DNA of 64,000 bases. Source: Octopus sinensis (lineage: Eukaryota). The translations under genes were made by a program, and so were the position numbers. The notes beneath the pieces were generated by a model. That model made no database searches, had not been told where the DNA came from, and was given only the letters and a program-made list of their open reading frames with translations. Positions 25,324 to 39,115 of this stretch are shown here, one piece after another; the stretch's first letter is position 1, and each line of letters begins with the position of its first letter. The stretch lies in NCBI RefSeq assembly GCF_006345805.1, contig NC_043006.1, positions 21,638,001 through 21,702,000 of the forward strand. The letters are read 5' to 3'.

Positions 25324-25710
25324 GTGGAGGCGCAATGGCCCAATGGTTAGGGCAGCGGACTCGAGGTCATAGGATCGCGGTTTCGATTCCCAGACCGGGC
25401 ATTGTGAGTGTTTATTGAGCGAAAACACCTTAAAGCTTCACGAGGCTCCGGCAGGGGGTGGTGGTGATCCCTGCTGTACTCTTTCACCACAACTTTCTCT
25501 CACTCTTACTTCCTGTTTCTGTTGTACCTGTATTTCAAAGGGCCGGCCTTGTCATTCTCTGTGTCACGCTGAATATCTCCGAGAACTACGTTAAGGGTAC
25601 ACGTGTCTGTGGAGTGCTCGGCCACTTACACGTTAATTTCACGAGCAGGCTGTTCCGTTGATTCGGATCAACCGGAACCCTCGTCGTCGTAACCGACGGA
25701 GTGCTTCCAC
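25324..25710 (+). mobile_element. SINE, family A head, tail type 2, 12-bp TSD
   Basis: ATCTATTTTAAT at 25312-25323 and 25711-25722. Confidence 0.92.
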
Positions 25711-26081
25711 ATCTATTTTAATTCTTTACTCTATTTCGTTTTATTTATTTTTATTCTTGATTTTATGTTATAATTTTTTATGTACCCTAACATTAAGCTA
25801 ATATTCTTATTAGTCTTTAAGCCTTTTCGTTATTTATAATAAGTAATAGATTGCCTGGAATTTCCTCCACCTTAATTAAATATCAATAACTACGCACACT
25901 TGAATTAAACACTACATACACATTTTCTATTAGTTTAATACGGATAGACATAATATAACAAAATGACACTTGAGTTTTTTCTTATTCTTAACTCGCTAGA
26001 TGAATATATTGTTATATTCTTACTGTACAACTCCAGTATAGAAATCTTACACCCCTTCAATGGTCTATAACATGTTTTATA

Positions 26082-26410
26082 GAGAAGCATTCCGTCGGTT
26101 ACGACGACGAGGGTCCCAGCTGATACGATCAACGGTATAGCTTGCTCTTGAAATTAACGTGCAAGCGGCTGAGCATTCCACAGTCACGTGTACCCTTAAT
26201 GTAGTTCTTAGGGAGATTCAGCGTGGCACACAGTGTGACAAGGGTGACCCTTTGAAATACGGCTACTACTCATTTCCGCCAGCTGAGTGGACTGGAGCAA
26301 TGTGAAATAAAGTGTCTTGCTCAAGGACACAACGCGTCGCCAGGAATTGAACTCATGACTTTACGATCGTGAGCCAAATGCCCTAACCACTAGGCCACGC
26401 GACTTCACAC
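26082..26410 (-). mobile_element. SINE, family C head (CORE-like), tail type 2, 11-bp TSD
   Basis: CATGTTTTATA on both flanks (26071, 26411). Tail shared with 25324 and 53127; head differs. Confidence 0.88.
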
Positions 26411-26667
26411 CATGTTTTATACTAGTTTCTTTATGTATAAATTTAATCAGTTGATGGTTTGCAGCCGTTTACTCAACATGCAAGAACTGAACACCTATTT
26501 TGTATATCTTAAACTACCTCTGAAAAGATTCGACTTTCAAATAATTTTTAATTTAATTAAAATTAATTTTCTGAAGGTCTGAAATTGTAACAGCTGTAAG
26601 GGATGTTTGTCAATTTTTAATTAATAAAGAAATAATAATTTATTAATTACCTCTCTATTTTCTCATC

Positions 26668-26692
26668 TCATATATACATATATATATATATA

Positions 26693-26736
<44 letters not shown>

Positions 26737-26801
26737 CATCATATATATACATATATATATATATATATAATATATATATATATATATAATATATATATAT
26801 A

Positions 26802-26850
<49 letters not shown>

Positions 26851-26906
26851 TATTATATATATATACATATATATATAATATATATACATAATATATACAA
26901 CACACA

Positions 26907-26938
<32 letters not shown>

Positions 26939-26983
26939 TTATATATACACATATATATATTATACACATATATATATATATAA

Positions 26984-27041
<58 letters not shown>

Positions 27042-27115
27042 CATATATATATACATATACATATATATATATACATATATATAGATATATATATATATAT
27101 ATATAATAAATATAT
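26668..27115. repeat. Long degenerate (TA)n tract
   Basis: Direct inspection. Confidence 0.95.
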
Positions 27116-27120
27116 TATTG

Positions 27121-27322
27121 GTTTCCATATGTGATCTTAAGCGTCACACTACAGATCTGATAACAGATGTATATATATGTATATATTTGTATATATAAGA
27201 TTTCAGTTATGCAGCTTCGCTTTTGTCAGATACTGGATGTAATTATGTCAAGAGCTCAGGTAAGAAGACATAGTATTTAACATAAATAAATAAATAAGAA
27301 TTAAAGGGAATAAATATATGAA

Positions 27323-27353
<31 letters not shown>

Positions 27354-27436
27354 TCTAATTTAATATAATATATATATATATATATATATAATATATATAA
27401 TATTATATTATATTATATATATATATATAATATATA

Positions 27437-27468
<32 letters not shown>

Positions 27469-27574
27469 TACATATATATATATATATATACCTATATATA
27501 TATACATATATAACATATATATACATCTGTTTATCATGATCTGTGGTGTGACGCTTAAGATCACATATGGAAAC
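27121..27574. repeat. About 52-bp inverted repeat pair (27121-27172 / 27521-27574)
   Basis: GTTTCCATATGTGATCTTAAGCGTCACAC.ACAGATC is the reverse complement of GATCTGT.GTGTGACGCTTAAGATCACATATGGAAAC. Confidence 0.85.
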
Positions 27575-27962
27575 AAAATATTACATAATCAATAGCAAAT
27601 ATTGAATGAATCACACACAGTGAGAATCAATAACACTGAATACTAAAGACAAATTCACTTTTAATCTGTATCGCTTTGTCCAAATTATCTTGCCTTCAAG
27701 CATTTTAATAAATAAAATGAATTTCATCAGTAGCAGTTTAATGAAGCTTCTTATGGTTTCTTATTTTGGAGAAAATTTTAATCCTTCTGGAATTGATATT
27801 TAACAGATCTTTAAAGAAAGAAAGCGGTGGTGGATAAAATAGTCAGGATACCGAAAAAAAAAGAATAATTTCAAATGTGTACGATTTAGTTACGTCGCTT
27901 ATGTTCTGAGTTCAAATCTCACTGCTCTTGATTTGCCCATTGTTTTAAAGGGGTTAATATAT

Positions 27963-28193
27963 ATTTCTTTACTACCCACAAGGGGCTGAACACAGAGGGG
28001 ACAAACAAGGACAGACAAACGGATTATGTCGATTATATCGACCCCAGTGCATAACTGGTACTTAATTTATCGAACCTGAAAGGATGAAAGGCAAAGTCGA
28101 CCTCGGCGGAATTTGAACTCAGAACGTAACGGCAGACGAAATACCGCTTAGCATTTCGCCCGGCGTGCTAACGTTTCTGCCAGCTCGCCGCCC
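27963..28193 (-). mobile_element. Full SINE, family D, 17-bp TSD, nested in an older D copy
   Basis: TAAAGGGGTTAATATAT at 27946-27962 and 28194-28210. Confidence 0.92.
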
Positions 28194-28802
28194 TAAAGGG
28201 GTTAATATATTAAGTGCCAGTAAGATATAATAGTATATTGGTAATCGATTCAAATGACTATGCTGCTAATCTATAAATGTGAAGCCTTATGCAAGTGTCA
28301 GATATCGATATTATGCATATTCTACTCAATATTTAGAGTCGGATTTAATTATCATTAAATTAACGTGGAATCCTTATTTCAGATTCACATGAGTAATCAA
28401 TAGTACTCGTACATTTTGGCTTCCACAGATGTTGATAGGAAACAGTTTCAATTTTTAACTTGTTAACTTGAATGATTAATATTGGCAGTAATTAAGTGAA
28501 CTAGGAGTGAGAAAGGTCAACTGAACGGAGAAGAAGGAAACTATTCTAGTTTTAATAAGCCTCAACCATAGAAATGTTAAATGTTAAATTTTGACATTCT
28601 CCGATTAATGAATATATATTGCCATTCGCTTTTGTTTCCTTATAATTCTAAGATTTAATTTAAAATAAATGGGTAAATTTGCGTAGACTTGATCAATATA
28701 TAGAAATTAATCCGTTGGTAATATGACATTGTTAAGATATGGGGAAGTTACAACTTGCCAGTCTATAAGTGAACAAGAATTGTTTTTTTACTAAATTTTA
28801 AA

Positions 28803-28872
<70 letters not shown>

Positions 28873-28959
28873 ACATACAAAAGAACATGTTAAAATGGAT
28901 GTACTGAAGTTTCCGCTCCTGCAAAAGCGAACTGTGTGTCTCACAATTACAATGTATCC

Positions 28960-29376
28960 GGATCTTTTCGGTTTGAACGGCAGTTTTTTCTAGCGGTGTC
29001 ATATGAAATTGTCACCCATAATTATGACCCTAGAATCGATCTATTGCATTTCAATCTCTTTTAGGGTAAGGGTTAGGAGTGGCGGGAAGGGTATCTTTTT
29101 TTCTTCGCAAATGTAAATAAACCCAATCTGTTTCTTAAACGAGGGACATATTCATACGGCACAGAATGTTTTCACCTCAATAGACGGTCATTGATTGGTT
29201 GAAATTGCCGAAATGCAAGAAATTAAAGACCAAATATCTTAGAAACTATAGAATTTTCTCAATAAAGCCAAGAGAAAAAGATGTTTTATAAACACATTCT
29301 ACCAGTATACGAAGTTTAAAATTTTTTAGTTACCTAGAAATTATGTTAAAAACTGCCGTTCAAACCGAAAAGATCC
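28960..29376. mobile_element. MITE-like non-autonomous DNA transposon
   Basis: TIR GGATCTTTTCGGTTTGAACGGCAGTTTTT / AAAAACTGCCGTTCAAACCGAAAAGATCC. Internal motifs shared with 54005-54610. Confidence 0.85.
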
Positions 29377-29656
29377 TGTATACTCCTCCTGTTACTGAAT
29401 ATCCCACACTCATCATCTATCCCGTTAGTGCTTTCCATTCTGTGTATCTCACATGTACCAACAATTCTCCTAGTACTATCGATACTGTGATCCTATATTC
29501 CCCATTTCCCCCTTTAATGCTATCCATTCTGTGAAACTCATACTCACCATCAAATCTCTTAGTGCTACTCATTCTGTGATCCCAAATTCTGCCTACTTGC
29601 AGTAAACTTCAAGACTCTGTAATACCTGCTTTCATTTTTTACCTTTTGATATCGAT

Positions 29657-30215
29657 TCAGAGATCGTAAAAGAGACTGGGCATTGGAGAGAGAATTACTG
29701 ATAAGAGCGATGTCGTCAGCAAAGTCAGTGTCTGTTAAGTATACAGCTGGGTGTCTGGAACTTCTGGGTTTTATTTCAAAGCCCTTGCCAGAAACGGTAT
29801 CAACTGACATACGTAGCACATAGTCAACGACAATGATGAAGAGAAATGGGGCGAGTGTGTCTCCCTGCAGTATTCCGGCTTTGATTGAGAAAGATGATGT
29901 TTCCCCATCAGGGGTTAAGATGGTTGAAGATGTATCTGTGTAGAGGACCTTGATGGCAGAAATAATTTTGTCTGGTATCCCATAGAGCTTAAGGATTTCA
30001 AACATCTTGTACCTATCTACAGAGTCGAACGCTTTAGAAAAGTCTACAAACACCATTGCAAGATCGCGATTAAATGCTTTTGATTCTTCAATAAGTCTCC
30101 GTAGGCATAGTATTTGGCTCAACGTTGAGCGACCATGTCTGAATCCAGTTTGGTACTTTCGGAGCAAGGGTTCAACAAAAGGGAGGAGACGGTTTAGAAT
30201 CAGTTTGTTGTACAA
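29657..30215 (-). mobile_element. RTE-X-like LINE, inverted 5' segment (RT domains)
   Basis: LYNKLILNR...QTGFRHGRST...FVDFSKAFDSV...GILQGDTLAPFLFIIVVDYVLR...FADDIAL within ORF 29565-30281. Confidence 0.92.
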
Positions 30216-30216
30216 T

Positions 30217-30884
30217 GACTCAATGAGTCCAAGACTGAATATATAAACAAGTGCCTGTCCAACAGTGATTTCATCATCCATTCTTTCAACAATACGCTCT
30301 TAAATATGGTTTCTAATTACAAATATCTTGGGTCATACATATCATCATCTGGAGAAGATTTTCTAACTAGAAAGGGTATTGCCTGGTCAGCCTGTAATGA
30401 TATGCATAAGATCTGGTCATCAAATCTAAGTAGAGATTTCAAACTTAAAATCTTCAAAGCCATAGTCGAATTAATTCTGCTATATGGCTCAGAAACCTGG
30501 ACGTTATCAAAGAAGTTTAAGAGGCGGTTGGATGGAACTTACACTCGTCTCCTTATGAGAGCTCAAACTCTCTCGTGGAAGCGTTATCCAACCAAAGTAC
30601 AAATATATAGGAAACTACCACCTGTATCATCTCTTGTGAAAGGTAGAAGAGTCCAGTTTGCTGGACATTGTTGTAGAGCTGAAAACGAGGTAATTTCTAC
30701 TCTTCTCCTCTGGAAGCCATCTGCTCGCGATACCAGAAGGCGCACACTCTCCTACTCTGATGTAATCTCCAGGGATACAGGCATCAGGCAACAGGACCTC
30801 CATAATGCTATGATGGACCGTGAAGTCTGGCGTAACATAGTAAATTCCATTGTCTCGACCTCGGTGGAACAATGATGATGATGA
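30217..30884 (+). mobile_element. RTE-X-like LINE, non-inverted 3' segment with (TGA)n tail
   Basis: In-frame LNESKTEY...YKYLGSYI...LLYGSETWTL...QFAGHC ending with a stop at 30875, then TGATGATGAT and the TSD. Confidence 0.92.
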
Positions 30885-31165
30885 TTTGATATCGATCTAC
30901 AGAAATTTTAACGGGACATCAAAACACATTAATCCCACGTATCTAGTTGAAATTTTTAAGTCTATATAATTTGGTTCTCTTTCGTAGACAAATAATTTTT
31001 TAAATCACGGTATGTTTATCGCCTCATAATGGTTAAATTTAGAAGATATTTTCTGCAAGCTTTCGCCTATTATCACGAAAGAATTCGGTTTCAAGTGTTA
31101 TGCTGACACAACACTGACTTTTCCTGCCAAAAAATTTGTAAACAGCAAATTGTTATTTGTAATCA

Positions 31166-31530
31166 GTGGAGGCGCAGTGGTTAGGGCAGCGGACTCGCAG
31201 TCGTAGGATCGCGGTTTCGATTCCCAGACCGGGTGTTGTGAGTGTTTATTGAGCGAAAACACCTAAAGCTCCACGAGGCTCCGGCAGGGGATGGTAGCGA
31301 ACCCTGCTGTACTCTTTCACAACAACTTTTTCTCACTCTTTTTCTATTGTTACTGTATTCCAAAGGGCCAGCCTTGTCACGATTTGTGTCACGCTGAATC
31401 TCCCCGAGAACTACGTCAAGGGTACACGTGTCTGTGGAGTGCTCAGCCACTTGCACGTTAATTTCACGAGCAGGTTGTTCCGTTGATCGGATCAACTGGA
31501 ACCATTGTCGTTGTAACTGACAGAATGCCA
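31166..31530 (+). mobile_element. SINE, family A head, tail type 2
   Basis: Homolog of 25324. Confidence 0.85.
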
Positions 31531-31899
31531 CGATTTATTATCAACCGTGAAGTCTACCATGTGATGAAGCTTCTGAAAGAAAATTGTATTTAAAAGGGTT
31601 TGACAATTCCTTTCGTGAATTGTATCACTGGGGTGTTTGCCAGCATTTCGATTGCTGTAAATCTCAGACATGGGAAGTAGCTGAAAGCAAATAACTTGCA
31701 CGGGCTTAGTGACCGCCTTGTTTGCGAAAACTTATCACTGTTCAACAATTGTATTCACGTGTGTGTGTGTGTGAGAGAGAGAGAGATGTGTGCGTTTTCC
31801 GTTTGTCTATATATATATATATATATAGGAAAAAAGCAACAAGAATGGATTATTCATGCGAATTCTTTAGAATTCACTAGAATCTCAATTACTTAACCG

Positions 31900-31970
<71 letters not shown>

Positions 31971-32170
31971 AATAATAAAAGGGTAAAATTAAATAATTAT
32001 TAATTATCAATTTTACCAAGTAGTGTTCATTATGTAAAGAGACCATTTACGGTATATTTAAAACATTACGTTATACAATTAGGGTTCAGTAAAATAATTT
32101 ACTTTACCACACACCGAACTTTTAGAAATAGCAGCCAAAACAGTTTAGCTATTTCCTCTACTATAATAAA

Positions 32171-32214
<44 letters not shown>

Positions 32215-32589
32215 TATATATATATGCAAGTCCACTTGTATGTTATTGCCGGAATTGTAATATTCTTGTCACTATTATGTTATGGCGATTTTTGCGTCTT
32301 ATTATCTTTGACTCGTCTTTCGTGCTATTGCTGATAGCTCCACAAGACAATAACTTTGAAACATCTACCTTGACGGTAAATCCAACTCGCATATAACACG
32401 TAACTAACACAGACTCCAACTCTGAACTCGTATTATGACTCTAATACTACTGGGGCATACAGAGAGGTACGATACATGAACAGACAAACATATAAGTGGG
32501 GGAAAAAAGGAAAAACAAATGGAAAAGGTGGATATGAATAATGAAAAATGGAATTGCAGTGAATAGAGGTCGCAACTAAAACACAGGTT

Positions 32590-33000
32590 CAAAAGGCATT
32601 GAGGTCAATATGGACGGAAGTGAATTACCTCCACAGAGGCAGGGAATATGCAACGGTGGAGGTGCAGTTTGCGTCGGAGGCTTTGGCCAGGCAGAATTCC
32701 ATGACTCCATTCAAAACGGACGAAGTGATCCTTCTACCCATTTACCTGGGAAAGCGTGCTTCTATATTAAGGATAGAATAGAATCCCCCCTGAGGTGGAT
32801 GTTGCCTGTCTGGTAGCAGCTATCCTGTTGGGAATGGAGGACAAGATTGTGGTCTTCCATGCCAAAAGAGTGCCACAAAGAAACTGGCATGGGTAGGGTC
32901 TGGAAATGATAACCCAGGCCGCTCCGGATATTTGGAGAAGATAGTGGAAACCATTACAGTTCGTGAGGATGTAAATGCCCTCCACCTACCGCAAAGGAAC
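32590..33000 (+). pseudogene. Degraded L1/Tx1-type ORF1 fragment
   Basis: EVNYLHRGREYATVEVQF...LLPIYLGKRASILRI resembles the ORF1 at 60616-61023 (DITYLARGKKFGTIVVRF...LIYKRMRTSKVRI). Confidence 0.55.
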
Positions 33001-33479
33001 CAACTGAAGAAGCTGCACCTCCACCGCTTGCGACGTCGTATGTGAGAGAGAAGGAACCGGAGAAGGAGGAAGAGAATCAGGAGGGAGAAGAGAAAGAAGG
33101 ATGGAATACAGCACCAATGGAACGGAAGAGAGGGAAAAGAAGGAATCTTCACCTCACCAGGTAAAAGTTTATCAAAAACTGATTTCACCTTCCTTGCGAA
33201 CATCAGTTCTGTTGGTGAGCTTCCTGCTGGTGTATTGGGGTTCGGTGTGATCCTGTATAACCTTAGGAATTATTGCAGAGCGACTTCTTCCGTAACTTCT
33301 TAGTTTGCTTTTCTCAAAGCTCTTTTTAAAATGTCCATTTTATGCTCTACAGTGAACATTTCGCTGAATTTTCTAAATTCACTGGACACAAATTATGTTT
33401 CGTTATCAGATACAATCACGTCTGGGATGACAAACCTTGCAAATAATTCGTGCAAAAAACTTATTACCGTCTCACTGGG

Positions 33480-33700
33480 TGTGTTTGTGTGTCTGAGTGT
33501 GTGTCCCCAACATCGTTTGACAACCTATGCCGGTATGTTTACGTCCCCGTAACTTAGCGGTTCGGCAAAAGAGACCGATAGAATAAGTACTAGGCTTACA
33601 AGGAATAAGTCCTGGGGTGTCGATTTGCTCGACTAAAGGCGGTGCTCCAGCATGGCCGCAGTCAAATGACTGAAACAAGTAAAAGAGTAAACAAGAGCGA
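33480..33700 (+). mobile_element. 3' half of SINE, family B
   Basis: Body and tail homology. Confidence 0.85.
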
Positions 33701-33829
33701 GAGAGAGAGAGTCTCGGAGATTGGACTTTTGCAATTAACAATTTCCGGCCGTTTTGTAAAACTGTCAACTACAACTAAATAGTAATAACCATTTAATGGA
33801 ACCACAAAATCGATATGTAGTCTTGATCA

Positions 33830-35136
33830 TGGACTTCTTACTGGTCAGGGCTCCCATGTTTGTGTAGGCTTTTTGCTGCCAGAGCACATCCTGTGCAGTC
33901 ATGTGTATTGGCCATCTTATGCCAATACACGTAACTGTACATAAATACTTTCATCCTTGCGATCTCCGGGTTTCCAATATGGAATTCTTTGAACATCCTT
34001 TTTTGTAAGGCCTCAGGTATCTATAGCCTTTGGCCATCGCATGTTGAATATATGTTTACCTGTTGTTTTTTCTTACCGAGCTTTTTTTTTCAGCTGACCA
34101 CACATCTTTTTTTTTTACATTAATGAACTTATCTTTTGACACATGTTGCTTTATCGCCTCCGAAGTTATAGGTAACTCACGTTCCATGTTCCACATTGTG
34201 TGTTTAATTTCCCTTTCGGCTCTTAGAGCTGCTATTACTATGTCCTTGAATATTTCGCCATTTCTAGGTATTAACCTGAATAGGCCGTCAGTATGTCCTA
34301 GCTTTTCCAAAGGTAAATATTCCATTGCGTAGTCGCAGTTTAGTAGTATGGTGCCCCATCGCTGCAAACTATTTGCTGTATGTACGGGGATTCCTTTCTT
34401 GGATCTATAAATCGTTTGCAACAGGAAGTGGTCTGTTTGTAGTCTAAACCGTCTACCATGTATAAACCTGAGGAACTTTTTTATGCCAAATATAAGCGCC
34501 AGTGCCACGTTTTCAATTTGGCTATAATTTTTCCCTGGCAACAGCTGGTATAGTTCCTTGACGCGTGAGCTATGGTCTTTTGGCTGACATCTTCATATTT
34601 GTTTTGGAGTATGGCACCCATCCAGTACTCACCAACATCTTTTGCCTGTATCGTTTCCAACTTCAAATCGAAGTGTGTAAGCGACAAGTCTGAAGTTAAC
34701 ATGCTTTTTAGTTCTTCAAATGCCTTCTGGCATTTTTCTGACTCAAACCATTTGGCATCCTTTTTTAACAGCTCGTTTAGTGGAGCCCTTGTGTTGCATA
34801 TGTTCGAGATATATACTTGATAGTAATTTACAAAGCCTAAAAATGCTTGTAACAATTTGATGCTCGTTGGGAGAGGCGCATTCTATATTGCCGTTGCCCT
34901 TGATGAGTCTGGCTTTCATCCCCCTTCGTCAATTACATAACCTAAATATTTGATTTTTTTCATTAAAAATTCACACTTTTCCTGTTAGTCTAAACCCGTA
35001 TTCATTTATTTTTCCGGATGCTTTTTTTAATATGCTCGAAGTGTTACTCCACTGACTTGCTCTTTATCAAAATATCCTCGTGATAAGTGATAGCGAAGTC
35101 GCTATCATTTAACATTGCATCCATCACGTTTTGCGA
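33830..35136 (-). mobile_element. Ty3/Gypsy LTR retrotransposon pol remnant (RT end, RNase H, integrase zinc-finger start), frameshifted
   Basis: LQAFLGFVNYY...APLNELLKKD...IAHASR; NYSQIE.VALALIFGIKKF...FRLQTDH...LQRWGTILL; CTGCALAAKS. Confidence 0.9.
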
Positions 35137-35216
35137 TGTCCTGTACCTATATATGCATACCTATACACATACACATGTATGTATGTACATATGTGTGTAT
35201 ATATGCATATACATAC

Positions 35217-35253
<37 letters not shown>

Positions 35254-35258
35254 TATAT

Positions 35259-35327
<69 letters not shown>

Positions 35328-36970
35328 TATATATATATATTATTATATTATTTTTTGATTGAACTCTACGCATCCATTTCCAAGTAAGCTTTATCTTTAT
35401 ATATATATTATATATATATATATATAAATTTAATAAATAAAACATATGCATACATAAATACATATATGTACATACCTACATCTATATGTATATATACATG
35501 CATATATGAGTACAGTACACCACAAATAAACGTAGAACACAACGAGAAACGAAAACAAAAACAAAACAAGGAAACGGACTTTATTTTAACAACGAAAAAA
35601 CAGAGTAGCGTGCGACAATCACCGGCTAGGGATAAGAAGTGATTCGAAATGCAAAATACTATGTGCTTTTTCCAGTGACAAACCGTCGCTGATCTCGAAA
35701 AAGGAGAAACAAGCAATAATAAATATCTGAACGAGATGTAAACTGTAGCAGCATGACATTGTGAAGAATATTTGCCCTTGCCAAAAGTCACCGACAGTAA
35801 ATCAAAATTCCATAAATACTTAATATTCAATTGTGTTTATTCATTCCAGTTATGAAGTTTAATAATTAAATACTATGAGTTAAACTCACAGTTTTTTCAA
35901 AGTTTATCCATTTATTAGCGAAGTTTCATATAAAATGAATTTCTGTTTTAATCTTGGAATTAAAATGTTTTGATTTACTGTCAGGTTACACTTGGCTAAC
36001 CGCGTTCTGCGAAACTTAATATTCTATACACGATACTAATATGATTCACACATGCGCGTGCACACACACACACTCCCACTATTTTAGAAGCCACCATACT
36101 ATCTTTTCAAGTGTGTTACATGTCCTATAACTGTATTTTCATGTTTAAGAGAGCATATACGTGATATATCAGCATAGCATCTCCAGAAATTTGCATCGAA
36201 CTTTAATATGAAACAATTTGCTGTAGATGAATTACCTATAAATGTCAGAATTTATGTTAACAACTTATCCTCACCAATAACAAAAAAATTTGGTTAGAGA
36301 CATTACAACGAGGAAACAAGAAAGCCCTAGTTACCAGAATTTATCTCTTATAATGCGGTTATCTTTACCTCTAAATCTATGATATTGTCTGCAGTAAAGA
36401 ATTCATCTGATAAAAATATTCAAAATGTTATTACATCCATTACGATTGGAATAAAAGATGCGTTTAAGAAACTTAGGAATATATATTGAATATATTAAAT
36501 AACATCTGTTGTGTATCTGTCAAGTGATGATATTTTGTTTTGGTACAGAGTATTAAATAGTGAAGTAATGTTGCAGAAATCGTGTGGTATGTCTCTTAAT
36601 CCTACTTAAAAAGTATAAGATACTGTTAAGTATATTCAAGCAAGAATATAAAATAGTAGAAATTAAAAAAAGTAAAGTTAGTGACATACAAAGAGAATTA
36701 GTTAGAAGTGGGTGGAGATCGCATGAAAGACAGTAGAATATTTATCGTTGCTTCAGTGAAGGACTTGTAGTTAAGATGTTGGGTTCATGATTACAAAGTA
36801 GCTGGTTCGATTTCTGGACTGGGTGGTGCGTTGGACCCTTACGCAAGATACTCCGTTTCACGTTGCTCCAATCTAGTCAGCTGAAAATGAGTATTGCCCT
36901 AGTGCTAGTGCAGTCCTGTCTGTATGACTCTCTCTCTCTCTCTCTCTCCCTCTCTCTCTCTATCTATCTA

Positions 36971-37007
<37 letters not shown>

Positions 37008-39070
37008 ATCTCTATCTCTCTCTCTATCTCTCTCTCTTTCTCTCCCTCTCTCTCTCTCTTTCGTTCCTATTTCACATCCTGGATGGTGCACTGGGTCTAT
37101 TTATAGAGGGCCGCGAAGGTGCTTAGGTCTACTTGCGACTATACATTAACCCCTTTATGCTTTTCTTGGAAACCTACAACAGTATTATTTCGTTGCCTTC
37201 TACTAGTTTATTTACAATTTACTGTGGTAGTTTTCTGCGCTCTCCAGATTACCCTCAAAGTATAGGGCCTATTAAACCATTTAGCGAGGACTGTTTCACT
37301 TGACATCAAAGCATATCACCAGACTTGTGGGCCTGTGTGACGTATGCCCATGGGCCAATTCTTCCCTGGACCATCTTTTGTTATTTAACTCATAACTGGG
37401 AGCAGTGGTGACTACGAGATAACTCACACACAACCATATAACTGAACTCCCGAGTTGTTTTTTCACTATTGAATGCAGCTAAATGTCTTACAACAAATAT
37501 TGGCTTCAAATTTTGGAACAAGGCTAGCAAATTTGAGGAAGGAGGTAAGCCGATTACATCGACCCCGGTCCTCAGCTGGTACTTATTCTATCGAGCCGGA
37601 AAGAATGAAAGAAAAAGTCGACCTCGACGGAATTTGAACTCAGGACCTAAAGACGGACGAAGTGCCGCCAAGCATTATACCCGGCGTGCTTACGAATTTG
37701 CCAGCTCGGCGCCTTGTCTTACTACTAATAGGAAATGATTTAATCCTCATATTTAATTGAAAGAATTTAGGAGAATCAGCTGCTAAGATAATATAATTTG
37801 AGCCGATATAATAGCAATTATACAACTAGTATCATCACCATTTCCCCTACAACCATATCGACATAAACTATTAGAACAATAATTAAATTTGTCCTCATAT
37901 TAACAACATTAATAGTTATAGTAATAGTGATAATAATAATAATATAAATTTAATTATGCGAGGTGTTTCTGTGGCAATATGATTACAACATTAAGGAAGT
38001 TAAATTAGATAACCTCTACAAATATATTAGACATAGAATTGTTCTAGACAAGAGAATGGTGTGCATATAAATGGAGTTTATATGCTATAAAGTATTTGTA
38101 TATTAATGCCGGTTTTTTTATATACTATGCCAGTTATTTTATAGTAACATTTATAAAAATCTTTCTATAGATTTTGCCTATATTAACAAGTATTCTTTAA
38201 AAACAGTTAGTGACAATCATCGTCGGTTTATAAGGTATGTCTAGCTCAGTCTAGATCCTACAAGAAGATTCCCCGTTACTCATGTTGTAATAGTATTTTT
38301 TTAAATTTGGCTGGGCAATGCTAATGATAGTGGTTGACGATATCAATAATAGTATTTAAGACGGCAAGCTGGCACAATCGTTAACACGTTAGCCGCATTT
38401 CGTCCATAATTACGTCCTGAGTTCAGATTCCGCCGAGGGCGACTTTGCCTTTAATCATTCCGGAGTCAATAAAATAAGTACCAGTTGGGGGTCGATGTAA
38501 TCGACTTACCCACAAATTTGCTAGCCTTGTGCCAAAATTTTAAACCAATAACAATAATAGCATTACTGGCAATAGAGATGATAAAGATGACAATTACAGT
38601 AATGGCGATAACCCTTTCTACTATAGGCATAAGGTCAGAAATTTTGGAGGAAGAGGTAAGTTGATGTAATCGACCCCAGTATTCAAGTGCTTTTATTTCA
38701 TCGACCTTGAAAGGGTGAAAGGCATGTATATATGTGAGGTAATAGTTTCACTTTTAATGGTTTCAGTATTAATAGTGAGACTATTAAAACTGTAAGTAAT
38801 ATTTCACATTACAATAGAGATGTAATTGTTTCACTTCTGACACGTAATACTGAAATAGTGTAAGAGATAAGAGATGACTCCGGGGGGGGGTGTGAGGAAT
38901 TGGTGATCTTCAGTGTCTGTTTTCCGTTTGTTTGTACACCTATTTTGTGATTTTTAACTTATTAATTAATGGAACTCTACCCTTGATTTTATTTACAGTG
39001 TTTTTTATATACCCGTACGACATCTATTCCTGTCCCTCTTCTTCTTTTAACTCTCTCTCACTCTCTTCCT

Positions 39071-39115
<45 letters not shown>

